From NCBI GenBank assembly GCA_041586955.1, contig JBFGZE010000093.1, positions 1 to 12,142 of the forward strand: 12,142 nt of DNA, in the 5' to 3' direction. This stretch comes from Bacteriovoracaceae bacterium. Lineage in GTDB: Bacteria > Bdellovibrionota > Bacteriovoracia > Bacteriovoracales > Bacteriovoracaceae. The position numbers and the translations under genes are program-made. The notes beneath the pieces were generated by a model, which was not told the origin of the DNA, searched no databases, and saw only the letters and a list, made by a program, of their open reading frames with translations. This document shows, piece by piece, positions 1-7,084 of this stretch (the first letter of the stretch is position 1; every line of letters begins with the position of its first letter).

Positions 1-459
1 CCGATTCATAAAATTGACCAACCCAAAACTCATTCGAGCGACTTTACCGGCCTTATCAGGATTTCCTAAAAGCTTATCCCTAAATGAGCTTCCCATTTTT
101 TTATATTTAATGGCCTTATAACGATGAACTAATTTGGGAAAGTCTAATTGGTATTGATGATTATCTCTAGGAGTATAAGGGCATTGAACTTCACAAAGCT
201 TACATTGAAAACAATCATTCATGACTTTCTCAACTTCACCTTCGGCCAAAAGACTGACATTTCCATTATGATTTTCATCGATGAATTTAAACAGACTTGG
301 AAATGAGTCGCAATATTTAAAACACAGGCGGCATCCATGGCAAATCTCAAATACCCTCGTCATTTCTTCTAAAAGCAGCGACTCATCCCAATATTTTTTC
401 TCATTAGGGTCATAAGAAAGCCCTTCTCCGGCCAAGTGGGATATTGGATAATCGGGCAT
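1..459 (-). CDS. Fe-S oxidoreductase (GlpC/HdrD-like, rubrerythrin-associated), N-terminal part; runs off the window edge
   Basis: Absent from the ORF track because its stop is outside the window. Manual translation from ATG at 459 (RBS GGGGAGAG just upstream) gives MPDYPISHLAGEGLSYDPNEKKYWDE..., open to position 1. It has two 4Fe-4S motifs, CHGCRLCFKYC and CFQCKLCEVQCP, and lies directly downstream of rubrerythrin. Confidence 0.85.
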   Translation of the reverse strand, partial: MPDYPISHLAGEGLSYDPNEKKYWDESLLLEEMTRVFEICHGCRLCFKYCDSFPSLFKFIDENHNGNVSLLAEGEVEKVMNDCFQCKLCEVQCPYTPRDNHQYQLDFPKLVHRYKAIKYKKMGSSFRDKLLGNPDKAGKVARMSFGLVNFMNR

Positions 460-474
460 AGACTCTCCCCTTTT

Positions 475-509
475 AAAAGAATAAGGACCTATCTATTAGG
501 TCCTTATTC
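475..509 (-). terminator. Intercistronic hairpin with short U-tract (leaky terminator or mRNA-stabilising stem)
   Basis: Perfect 13-bp inverted repeat GAATAAGGACCTA (479-491) / TAGGTCCTTATTC (497-509) with a 5-nt loop, followed by UUUU on the minus strand, 8 nt after the rubrerythrin stop. Confidence 0.6.
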
Positions 510-517
510 AATAAACA

Positions 518-937
518 TCAGGTAATCGTGCCTAACATTTGTTGAAACCTACCAGCATGGGATTTTTCGGCCTTAGCGAGTGTTTCGAACCAATCAGAAA
601 TTTCGCTAAAACCCTCATCCCTAGCGACTTTGGCCATACCAGGATACATCTCCGTGTATTCATAAGTTTCACCATCAATCGCCGATTTAATGTTTAGCAC
701 TGTATCGCCCATTGGAAGACCAGTCACAGGATCACCTACTTGCTTTAGATAATCCAAATGCCCATGAGCATGGCCCGTCTCCCCCTCGGCAGTTGCTCGA
801 AAATTTGAGGCAATCTCAGGATAACCTTCAACATCGGCAATTTTAGCGAAATAGAGATACCTTCTGTTCGCCTGAGATTCGCCAGCAAAGGCCGCCTTGA
901 GATTGTCATGTGTTTTTGTTCCTTTTATATTGTCCAT
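518..937 (-). CDS. rbr: Rubrerythrin family protein, short chain (di-iron ferritin-like domain only, no rubredoxin domain), 139 aa
   Basis: Motifs [39 protein letters not shown] and EKSHA (two ExxH). No Cys. Start moved to ATG 937 because of the RBS AAGGGAG 5 nt upstream. Confidence 0.95.
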   Translation of the reverse strand: MDNIKGTKTHDNLKAAFAGESQANRRYLYFAKIADVEGYPEIASNFRATAEGETGHAHGHLDYLKQVGDPVTGLPMGDTVLNIKSAIDGETYEYTEMYPGMAKVARDEGFSEISDWFETLAKAEKSHAGRFQQMLGTIT

Positions 938-1158
938 GCTTACTCCCTTGTAAATACGTTCAATTAGCAACGGCCTAACTTACCTTTTTTCGTAAATATT
1001 TTCTATTGATATTTGAGATATTGTTGACCAGGTATCATGTGACTATACCCGACTATAAAAATTTAATTTTACTATTAATATGGCCTCAAGATTTTGTATT
1101 TCTAAAGCACAAAATAGCGTTCTCGCCTCCTATATATTTGTAGCACCTATCCATTTCC

Positions 1159-1195
1159 TAGATAAAGAAAGGCCACCTCGGGGGGGTGGCCTTTC
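1159..1195 (-). terminator. Rho-independent terminator of the lipoprotein gene
   Basis: GAAAGGCCACC (1167-1177) / GGTGGCCTTTC (1185-1195) inverted repeat. On the minus strand the GC-rich stem is followed by UUUCUUUAU, about 30 nt after the stop at 1226. Confidence 0.85.
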
Positions 1196-1225
1196 CGGTA
1201 GTAAAACATTAGGAGTTATTCAACA

Positions 1226-2101
1226 TTAGAGCTGAACACCTAACAGATCAGGTAAAATTGAGTCCTCAAGGTTTTGCGCAGTTGTTCCAATTTTATCGGC
1301 AACAGCATCAAGAACTTCTTGTTTCTTAACAGAGTCTTTGGTCGCTTCCATCATTTCGTCGAGATTGACACCTGTGATTTTTTCAATATCTGAACTGAGA
1401 GCAAGTTCGTCTTCCTTGGTCAATTCGCCACCGCTCTTAGCTTGAATGCTTTTAATTTTTTCGCCAAGAGAGACAAGACTCATTGCGGTGTCCATTCCTA
1501 CTTTGAAGGCATAGGAAAGATTAGATGCTTGTTGGAAAAACTGCATCTTCTCTTTTTCTGCTGCGAGAAGAACAGTGTCTGTTGATTCATCTTCATCTTC
1601 ATACTCGAAACCAGAGTTACGGCCCCAAAAAGAATCAGAGAAGGCATCATAGTCGACAACCTCGTAATCATCACCCCATGTATCGCCATCAACTTCACCA
1701 CCAAGGATATCATCAGCTTCAATATCGCGGAATTCATCTGCGGTAGCATAATTATTGGAGTAATAATCGTAATAGATAATTGAACGAACATACTCTAAGC
1801 TAATGGCCTTATATTCAGTAAATTTGGCATCATAGATGACAAACCAATTTTCTTCCCCAGGAACGGCCGAACGATAAGTTTCATCTGTATAAAGCTCAAC
1901 TTCACTCTCATCATAAACTGGTGCGCCGTCGACATTATTAAGAGCGTTGACAAACTGATCGACGGAGATATTGGCCGAATTATAAGCACCGTAGGTACTG
2001 CCACCGCCACTGCCACTGCCGCTGCCGCCACCACAGCTTGTGAGCGCCATTGATAAAAGAGTTCCTACCACTAAGTTTTTAACAATCGATGTCTTCTGCA
2101 T
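1226..2101 (-). CDS. Hypothetical acidic lipoprotein, 291 aa
   Basis: ATG 2101 preceded by GAGGAG. Signal peptide MQKTSIVKNLVVGTLLSMALTS|C with lipobox LTSC (Cys23), then a Gly/Ser linker, a Tyr/Asp/Glu-rich middle and a helical-looking C-terminus. No family recognised. Confidence 0.85.
   Translation of the reverse strand: MQKTSIVKNLVVGTLLSMALTSCGGGSGSGSGGGSTYGAYNSANISVDQFVNALNNVDGAPVYDESEVELYTDETYRSAVPGEENWFVIYDAKFTEYKAISLEYVRSIIYYDYYSNNYATADEFRDIEADDILGGEVDGDTWGDDYEVVDYDAFSDSFWGRNSGFEYEDEDESTDTVLLAAEKEKMQFFQQASNLSYAFKVGMDTAMSLVSLGEKIKSIQAKSGGELTKEDELALSSDIEKITGVNLDEMMEATKDSVKKQEVLDAVADKIGTTAQNLEDSILPDLLGVQL
1997..2032 (-). repeat. Low-complexity GGN/AGY codon run encoding the GGGSGSGSGGGS linker
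   Basis: 12 codons immediately after the lipobox Cys. Confidence 0.7.
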
Positions 2102-2175
2102 TTCTTCTCCTCTTCTTCTTTTGAAATTCATAAGTTCTTTAGGTCATCCTGCCTATTTCCAATACCCGAGAGGAG

Positions 2176-2192
2176 TGCATGAGTTGTGCCAA
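2176..2192 (-). promoter_or_regulatory. Sigma-54 (RpoN) -24/-12 promoter
   Basis: Minus strand reads TTGGCACAACTCATGCA versus consensus TGGCACG-N4-TTGCW, with exact GG-N10-GC spacing, about 75 nt upstream of the lipoprotein ATG. Predicted TSS near 2165. Confidence 0.75.
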
Positions 2193-2198
2193 GAATAT

Positions 2199-2235
2199 TC
2201 TCAACGCGTTAATAAAAGGACTGGTTTAAAAACAA
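2199..2235. promoter_or_regulatory. Putative IHF binding site
   Basis: TATTAACGCGTTG (minus, 2214-2202) and TCTCAACGCGTTA (plus, 2199-2211) each differ at one position from WATCAANNNNTTR. An A/T tract lies at 2225-2232. The position between the promoter and the upstream palindrome is typical of sigma-54 promoters. Confidence 0.45.
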
Positions 2236-2263
2236 GCACAAGACGCGCCGCTATTGAAACGCG

Positions 2264-2305
2264 TGACTGAGACAGTATGGAACTAGTGCCATACTGTCTT
2301 AGTCA
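2264..2305. promoter_or_regulatory. 42-bp near-perfect palindrome: candidate enhancer (UAS) for a sigma-54 activator, or 3' hairpin of the rng transcript
   Basis: TGACTGAGACAGTATGG-AACTAGTG-CCATACTGTCTTAGTCA has only 2 mismatched pairs out of 21 and no U-tract on the minus strand. The palindrome is certain; its function is inferred. Confidence 0.55.
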
Positions 2306-2329
2306 AGAAGGGGTCTTTAGGGACTATTT

Positions 2330-3907
2330 TTAATAATCTTGGGGGAAAATTTCATATTGCTCGATATGATAATTATTTTCGCTACGAATCAAAAGCGCTT
2401 TGCCAAATTGTTCCTCGAGAGTTTCAATCATATCCAGGTCATCACCACATAGACGGGCAGTCACCTCAGGATGGGCATAGATATAAACTTTCGGGCCTTT
2501 GGATTTAGATAGAATTTTAACCAATTCACGCACTAATTCATAACAAACGGTCAAAGTAGACTTCACTCGCCCCGTGCCCTCGCAATAGGGACAAGGTTCA
2601 CAAAGAACGCGAGTAAGCGTATCGCGAGTTCTTTTGCGGGTCATTTCCACCAGACCTAAACCTGAAATGGGGAGAACATTGGTTTTTGAGCGGTCCTTTT
2701 TTAAAGCGTCGAGAAGAGATTGGTAGACCTGCTCACGGTGCTCAATCTTCTCCATATCGATAAAATCGATGACGATAATCCCACCACAATTGCGTAATCG
2801 TAATTGGTAAGCAATTTCTTTAACTGCTTCCAAATTAGTCCGAAGAATAGTTTCTTCTAGAGTTTTGCGGCCGACAAACTTCCCTGTATTGACATCAACA
2901 GACACAAGCGCCTCAGTCTGGTCAATATTAAGTGAGCCGCCTGAACGCAAAAAGACTTTATTGCTCAGGCCTCTCTCGATTTCTAAATCAATCCCATGTT
3001 TTTCAAATAGAGGAATCTCTTCCTGGTAAAGATCACATTTACCTTTCATCGAGGGTAAAAATTTATTACAAAATTTTTCCACCTCTTTCTGGGCCTCTTT
3101 ACTGTCCACAACAATTTTACCCACATCTTCATCAGTAATGTCGCGCAATACCCGCTGAATAAAGTTAAGATCCTTATGGGCCAGACTCGGCGCTTTACAT
3201 TTTTCGGCGCGCTTAAGGACTTCCTTCCAAATTTTAACCAGCATACTATAATCGGCTTTTAATGTTTTTTGAGATTGCCCCTCAGCGACGGTCCTGGCGA
3301 TAATCCCCTTCCCTTCGGGCCGAATATTATCGAGAATTTCTCGCAAACGGTCTCTCTCCTCCTCTTTTTCAATTCGGCGCGAGACGCCCGTATGTTCAAT
3401 AAAAGGCATGTAGACCACATGACGACCAGCAAGAGTCACATGTCGAGTAATGCGGGGTCCTTTGGTGGAGATAGGCTCTTTCGCAATTTGCACTAGAATT
3501 TCTTGACCCTCTTTTAAGAAGGATTCAATGGTGGCCCCTTCGGGACGAAAGCGCATATTAACAGCATCTGAAAGGGTTGATAATTCATCGGGAATAACCT
3601 CCCCAACGCGTATCCCCTTGGCCTGTTCCTGGGCCTTATTGGCCATTTCTCTTTGTTCTTCTAGGGAGGGAAGATAGGCATCATCGACATAAAGAAATGC
3701 GGCTTTTTCATAACCAATATCCACAAAGGCCGATTGCATTCCTGGAAGAACGCGAATGACCCGGCCCATATAAATATTGCCGACCGAAGGGTGATTTTTG
3801 CGAGTGTCAGACACTCTTTCCATTAAAAAGTCGAGGATTTCTCCATTATCAACCAGAGCTGCGCGGCTCTCATTAAGGGTTTGATTAATAATTAATTCTT
3901 TTGCCAT
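2330..3907 (-). CDS. rng: Rne/Rng family endoribonuclease (RNase G-like, catalytic domain only), 525 aa
   Basis: S1 domain GNIYMGRVIRVLPGMQSAFVDIG, KEPISTKGPRIT, catalytic VDVNTG and IDFIDM motifs, EMTRKR and Zn-link CPYC. No long RNase E C-terminal scaffold. Confidence 0.95.
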   Translation of the reverse strand: MAKELIINQTLNESRAALVDNGEILDFLMERVSDTRKNHPSVGNIYMGRVIRVLPGMQSAFVDIGYEKAAFLYVDDAYLPSLEEQREMANKAQEQAKGIRVGEVIPDELSTLSDAVNMRFRPEGATIESFLKEGQEILVQIAKEPISTKGPRITRHVTLAGRHVVYMPFIEHTGVSRRIEKEEERDRLREILDNIRPEGKGIIARTVAEGQSQKTLKADYSMLVKIWKEVLKRAEKCKAPSLAHKDLNFIQRVLRDITDEDVGKIVVDSKEAQKEVEKFCNKFLPSMKGKCDLYQEEIPLFEKHGIDLEIERGLSNKVFLRSGGSLNIDQTEALVSVDVNTGKFVGRKTLEETILRTNLEAVKEIAYQLRLRNCGGIIVIDFIDMEKIEHREQVYQSLLDALKKDRSKTNVLPISGLGLVEMTRKRTRDTLTRVLCEPCPYCEGTGRVKSTLTVCYELVRELVKILSKSKGPKVYIYAHPEVTARLCGDDLDMIETLEEQFGKALLIRSENNYHIEQYEIFPQDY

Positions 3908-3937
3908 GGTAACTCTCTATATAAAAAATAATAATAA

Positions 3938-5152
3938 TTAAATTAACAGGCCTGCAATACAAGCTGTCATAAAGCAGGCCAAGGTCCCAGCAATTAATGA
4001 TCGCACACCAAGTCGTGCTAAATCATGCCGGCGGCCAGGCGCGATGGTCCCAATACCACCAATTTGAATGGCAATGGAACTAAAATTAGCAAAGCCACAA
4101 AGGGCGTAGGTACTAATGGTAATGGAACGTGAACTTAAAGTCGGTAACATCTGTTGTAAGTCTAAATAAGCGACAAACTCGTTGAGAATTATTTTCTTTC
4201 CCAAAAGTACACCTACCATATAGCATTCATCCCAAGGAATACCGAGCACAAAGGCCACCGGTGAAAAGAGGTAACCTGTAATCAGCTCTAAGCTCCAGCC
4301 AGTTTGGCCAAACCAACCGCCAACCATTCCCAAAGTGCCATTAACTAAGGCAATCAAAGCAATAAAGGCCAAGAGCATGGCGCCAACATTCATCGCCAAT
4401 TTAAGTCCATCGCCAGCGCCCTCAGTGGCAGCATCGATAATATTAACACTTTTAGACTTTAACTGGATTTTTACTTCTCCGTGAGTCTGGCCTTCTTCTC
4501 TTTCAGGCACCATTAATTTAGCGCAAACAAGCGCCGCAGGTGCCGACATTACAGAAGCTGCCAATAAATGACCGGCATCAACTCCTAGGCCGACGTAGGC
4601 CGCGAGAACCCCGCCTGCGACAGTCGCCATCCCTCCAGTCATTAAGGCCATCAATTCAGATTCAGTCATCCCTTTGATAAAGGGCTTAACCACTAGCGGT
4701 GCTTCTGTTTGACCGGCAAAAATATTGGCAGCGGCGGCCAAAGATTCTGAACCAGAGGTATTCATGACTTTGACCATTACTCTGGCGACCCATTTGATAA
4801 TCACCTGCATAAAACCGATATGATAAAGGACGCTCATTAAAGAGCTGGTAAAAATGATAGTTGGAAGGACCATCACAAAAAAGATGAATCCATTTTTAGG
4901 AATATCGGTCAATGAACCAAAAATGAAGCGTGAGCCTTCGTTGGTAAAGTCGAGAATTGCAGTAAAAAAGCTACGCGCCCCTTCAAAAAAGGCACGGCCA
5001 AGACCCGTTTTAAGAATGATAATAGCAAGGAATAATTGTAGCGCGATGCCTGTTAACACTGTTCGCCATTGAATTTTTTTTCTGTCCTGACTTAATCCAA
5101 ACGCAATTAAGACCATTAGCACTAGGCCAATGGCCGACATGACTCGACCCAT
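3938..5152 (-). CDS. nupC: NupC/CNT family concentrative nucleoside transporter, 404 aa
   Basis: Motifs NIFAGQTEAPL, GMATVAGGVL, AASVMSAPAAL, NEFVAY and ALCGFANFSSIAIQIGG; many TM segments; RBS GAGGG. Confidence 0.95.
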   Translation of the reverse strand: MGRVMSAIGLVLMVLIAFGLSQDRKKIQWRTVLTGIALQLFLAIIILKTGLGRAFFEGARSFFTAILDFTNEGSRFIFGSLTDIPKNGFIFFVMVLPTIIFTSSLMSVLYHIGFMQVIIKWVARVMVKVMNTSGSESLAAAANIFAGQTEAPLVVKPFIKGMTESELMALMTGGMATVAGGVLAAYVGLGVDAGHLLAASVMSAPAALVCAKLMVPEREEGQTHGEVKIQLKSKSVNIIDAATEGAGDGLKLAMNVGAMLLAFIALIALVNGTLGMVGGWFGQTGWSLELITGYLFSPVAFVLGIPWDECYMVGVLLGKKIILNEFVAYLDLQQMLPTLSSRSITISTYALCGFANFSSIAIQIGGIGTIAPGRRHDLARLGVRSLIAGTLACFMTACIAGLLI

Positions 5153-5177
5153 TCTACTTATCCCTCGTTAACCGCAG

Positions 5178-5609
5178 TTAAAATGTGAAGTTATAAGATA
5201 ACATTTTCCATTTAGAGGCAAGGGATGGAGTGTTGTAGCTGACGTGCTGTGCAACGTGCCATGAATAACGTGAGCTGGTTGCAAATTTTTTATCTTCACT
5301 GGGTGCCATAAGACTACCATTATAGCCTTCACTCGTTTTTGAACCGGCCTTATAGGCCACATATCCAACACCAAGAATCACACCGATCGCTGCACCGACC
5401 CATAAGTTTTTCATATGCTCACTGGGGTGCTCCACAAAAGAAAGCGTTGAAAGCCCTAGTATCAGGCCACCAGCACCGCCAGTCGCAACAATAATCGCAT
5501 CCTCGAGAGAATCATCAAAAACTCCGCCGCCATCTTGCGCCATTAACTGCCCTTGGCCACAAAGACCTAGAAAGACGAGACTAATAAATAAGACTTTCAA
5601 CCTAAACAT
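5178..5609 (-). CDS. Hypothetical exported/membrane protein, 143 aa
   Basis: Signal-peptide-like N-terminus (…GQLMA|QD), two Gly-rich hydrophobic segments and a C-terminal MLSYNFTF. RBS AAGGA upstream; ends 25 nt before nupC on the same strand. Confidence 0.8.
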   Translation of the reverse strand: MFRLKVLFISLVFLGLCGQGQLMAQDGGGVFDDSLEDAIIVATGGAGGLILGLSTLSFVEHPSEHMKNLWVGAAIGVILGVGYVAYKAGSKTSEGYNGSLMAPSEDKKFATSSRYSWHVAQHVSYNTPSLASKWKMLSYNFTF

Positions 5610-5635
5610 GGCATCTATTCCTTGAAAAACTAGAG

Positions 5636-5664
5636 TTTACTCCTCTATCTAAAGGGCCTATGAT
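5636..5664 (+). promoter_or_regulatory. Sigma-70-type promoter for the deoA-punA-cdd-exonuclease operon
   Basis: TTTACT (5636-5641) - 17 nt - TATGAT (5659-5664). Confidence 0.6.
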
Positions 5665-5689
5665 ACTTCTCCGACAAGGGCCCTATTTA

Positions 5690-5719
5690 ACTTTAACGCC
5701 CCTGTGCATTAAGCGTCAA
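5690..5719 (-). promoter_or_regulatory. Sigma-70-type promoter for the hypothetical-nupC-rng operon
   Basis: Minus strand TTGACG (5719-5714) - 18 nt - TAAAGT (5695-5690). Confidence 0.5.
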
Positions 5720-5728
5720 GGACTTGCA

Positions 5729-7084
5729 GTGCAAAAGAAGAACAGGACATTTTTCTCCCCATACGAAATTATTTATAAAAAAAGAAATGGTCGGCCACTC
5801 GATGCCGAAGAAATTGAATTTATGATTCAAGGACTAGTCGAGGGCAATATCGCTGATTACCAAATGACTGCCCTTTTAATGGCCATCTATTTCCAAGATA
5901 TGAATGTCGCCGAAACTCATGCTCTCACCAATTGCATGCTAAACTCCGGAAAAAAAATGGTCTTCGAGGATGCTTTGGCAGTGGATAAACATTCCACTGG
6001 AGGTGTTGGTGATAAGGCCTCATTTATCTGCGGCCCCTTGGCCCATGCTTGCGGTGTCCACGTTCCCATGATTGCTGGTCGCGGTCTAGGCCACACTGGT
6101 GGAACGGTTGATAAAGTGGAATCGATACCGGGTTTTAAAACTAAAATTGGACTCAAAAAATACCGTGAGTTATTTTTGCAAAATGGCCAGGTCATGATTG
6201 GCCAAACAAAAGACCTTTGTCCCGCCGATCGTATTATCTATGGACTACGTGACGTCACGGCGACAATTGATAGTATTCCATTGATCACGGCATCGATAAT
6301 GAGCAAAAAATTAGCAGAGGGCGCCAACGGCCTAGTCATGGATATTAAAACTGGACAAGGTGCTTTTATGAGTAAATTGGCCGACGCCAAGGCCTTAGCA
6401 AAAAGTTTACGGCAAACAGGCCTTTGTTTTAATAAAAATATGATGACCCTCATTACCGATATGTCTCAACCTCTAGGAATGGCAGTTGGTAATTCATTAG
6501 AAATAATTGAAAGTATTGAAACTCTCAAAAATAATGGCCCCACTGACCTCACCGATATCAGTATTGAATTAGCTGGTGGTATGATTCATCTCGCAGGTCT
6601 CGCCAAAACCCATGCCGCCGGTAATCGACTCGCCAAAAAGGCCCTCAAAGATGGCAGCGGCCTTAAATCCTTTACAAACTTGATTGGCAATCAAGGGGGT
6701 AATACCGAGGTCATCAATAATTATGACCTCCTCCCTCAAAGTAAAGTGATCACGTCTATCAAGGCCAAGAGTAGTGGGTACATCACCAAAATGGATACCA
6801 CAGGCATCGGGCAATATGTGGTGAAATTAGGTGGCGGACGTCTTAAGTCAGGACAGAGAATTGACCATTCAGTTGGCCTTATCCTCAAGAAGAAGCTTTA
6901 TCAAAAAGTGAGCAAAGGCGATGTCTTGATGGATGTTTATCACCATCGAGATCAACAAAGTATGATTGAGTCACTAGAAAAAGATTCAATTTCAAACTTA
7001 ATGACCATTAATAAAAGTCTACCAAAAAATAAAAAACCTTTAATTTACGAAGTGAAAATTGAATGGAGCAAGAATCATGTATGA
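5729..7084 (+). CDS. deoA: Thymidine / pyrimidine-nucleoside phosphorylase (DeoA/Pdp family), about 451 aa
   Basis: Motifs DKHSTGGVGDK, GRGLGHTGGTVDKVESIPGF, LRDVTAT and SIMSKK. Start moved to GTG 5729 (AAGGA 6 nt upstream); the 5660 ATG lies inside the predicted -10 box. Confidence 0.95.
   Translation: MQKKNRTFFSPYEIIYKKRNGRPLDAEEIEFMIQGLVEGNIADYQMTALLMAIYFQDMNVAETHALTNCMLNSGKKMVFEDALAVDKHSTGGVGDKASFICGPLAHACGVHVPMIAGRGLGHTGGTVDKVESIPGFKTKIGLKKYRELFLQNGQVMIGQTKDLCPADRIIYGLRDVTATIDSIPLITASIMSKKLAEGANGLVMDIKTGQGAFMSKLADAKALAKSLRQTGLCFNKNMMTLITDMSQPLGMAVGNSLEIIESIETLKNNGPTDLTDISIELAGGMIHLAGLAKTHAAGNRLAKKALKDGSGLKSFTNLIGNQGGNTEVINNYDLLPQSKVITSIKAKSSGYITKMDTTGIGQYVVKLGGGRLKSGQRIDHSVGLILKKKLYQKVSKGDVLMDVYHHRDQQSMIESLEKDSISNLMTINKSLPKNKKPLIYEVKIEWSKNHV

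Noticed and set aside
1086..1154. 22-codon minus-strand sORF (MDRCYKYIGGENAILCFRNTKS) and an internal AGGAGG
   Set aside because: Its SD-like AGGA is only 1 nt from the ATG, it sits just after a terminator, and the AGGAGG has no suitably spaced start codon.
1498..2270. ORFs 1498-1791(-), 1525-1746(+), 1795-2034(-) and 2040-2270(+)
   Set aside because: Alternate-frame or antisense shadows of the lipoprotein gene and its promoter, with no recognisable motifs.
5660..5728. Longer N-termini offered by the ORF track (here, and at 970, 2131 and 7059)
   Set aside because: Downstream starts have better-placed RBSs and fit the family or signal-peptide N-termini. The 5660 ATG is inside the predicted -10 element.
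2932..6814. ORFs 2932-3138, 3269-3496, 4854-5072, 5168-5374, 5917-6195, 6238-6453 and 6569-6814
   Set aside because: All lie within or almost wholly overlap better-supported genes, on the opposite strand or in another frame, with no independent evidence.
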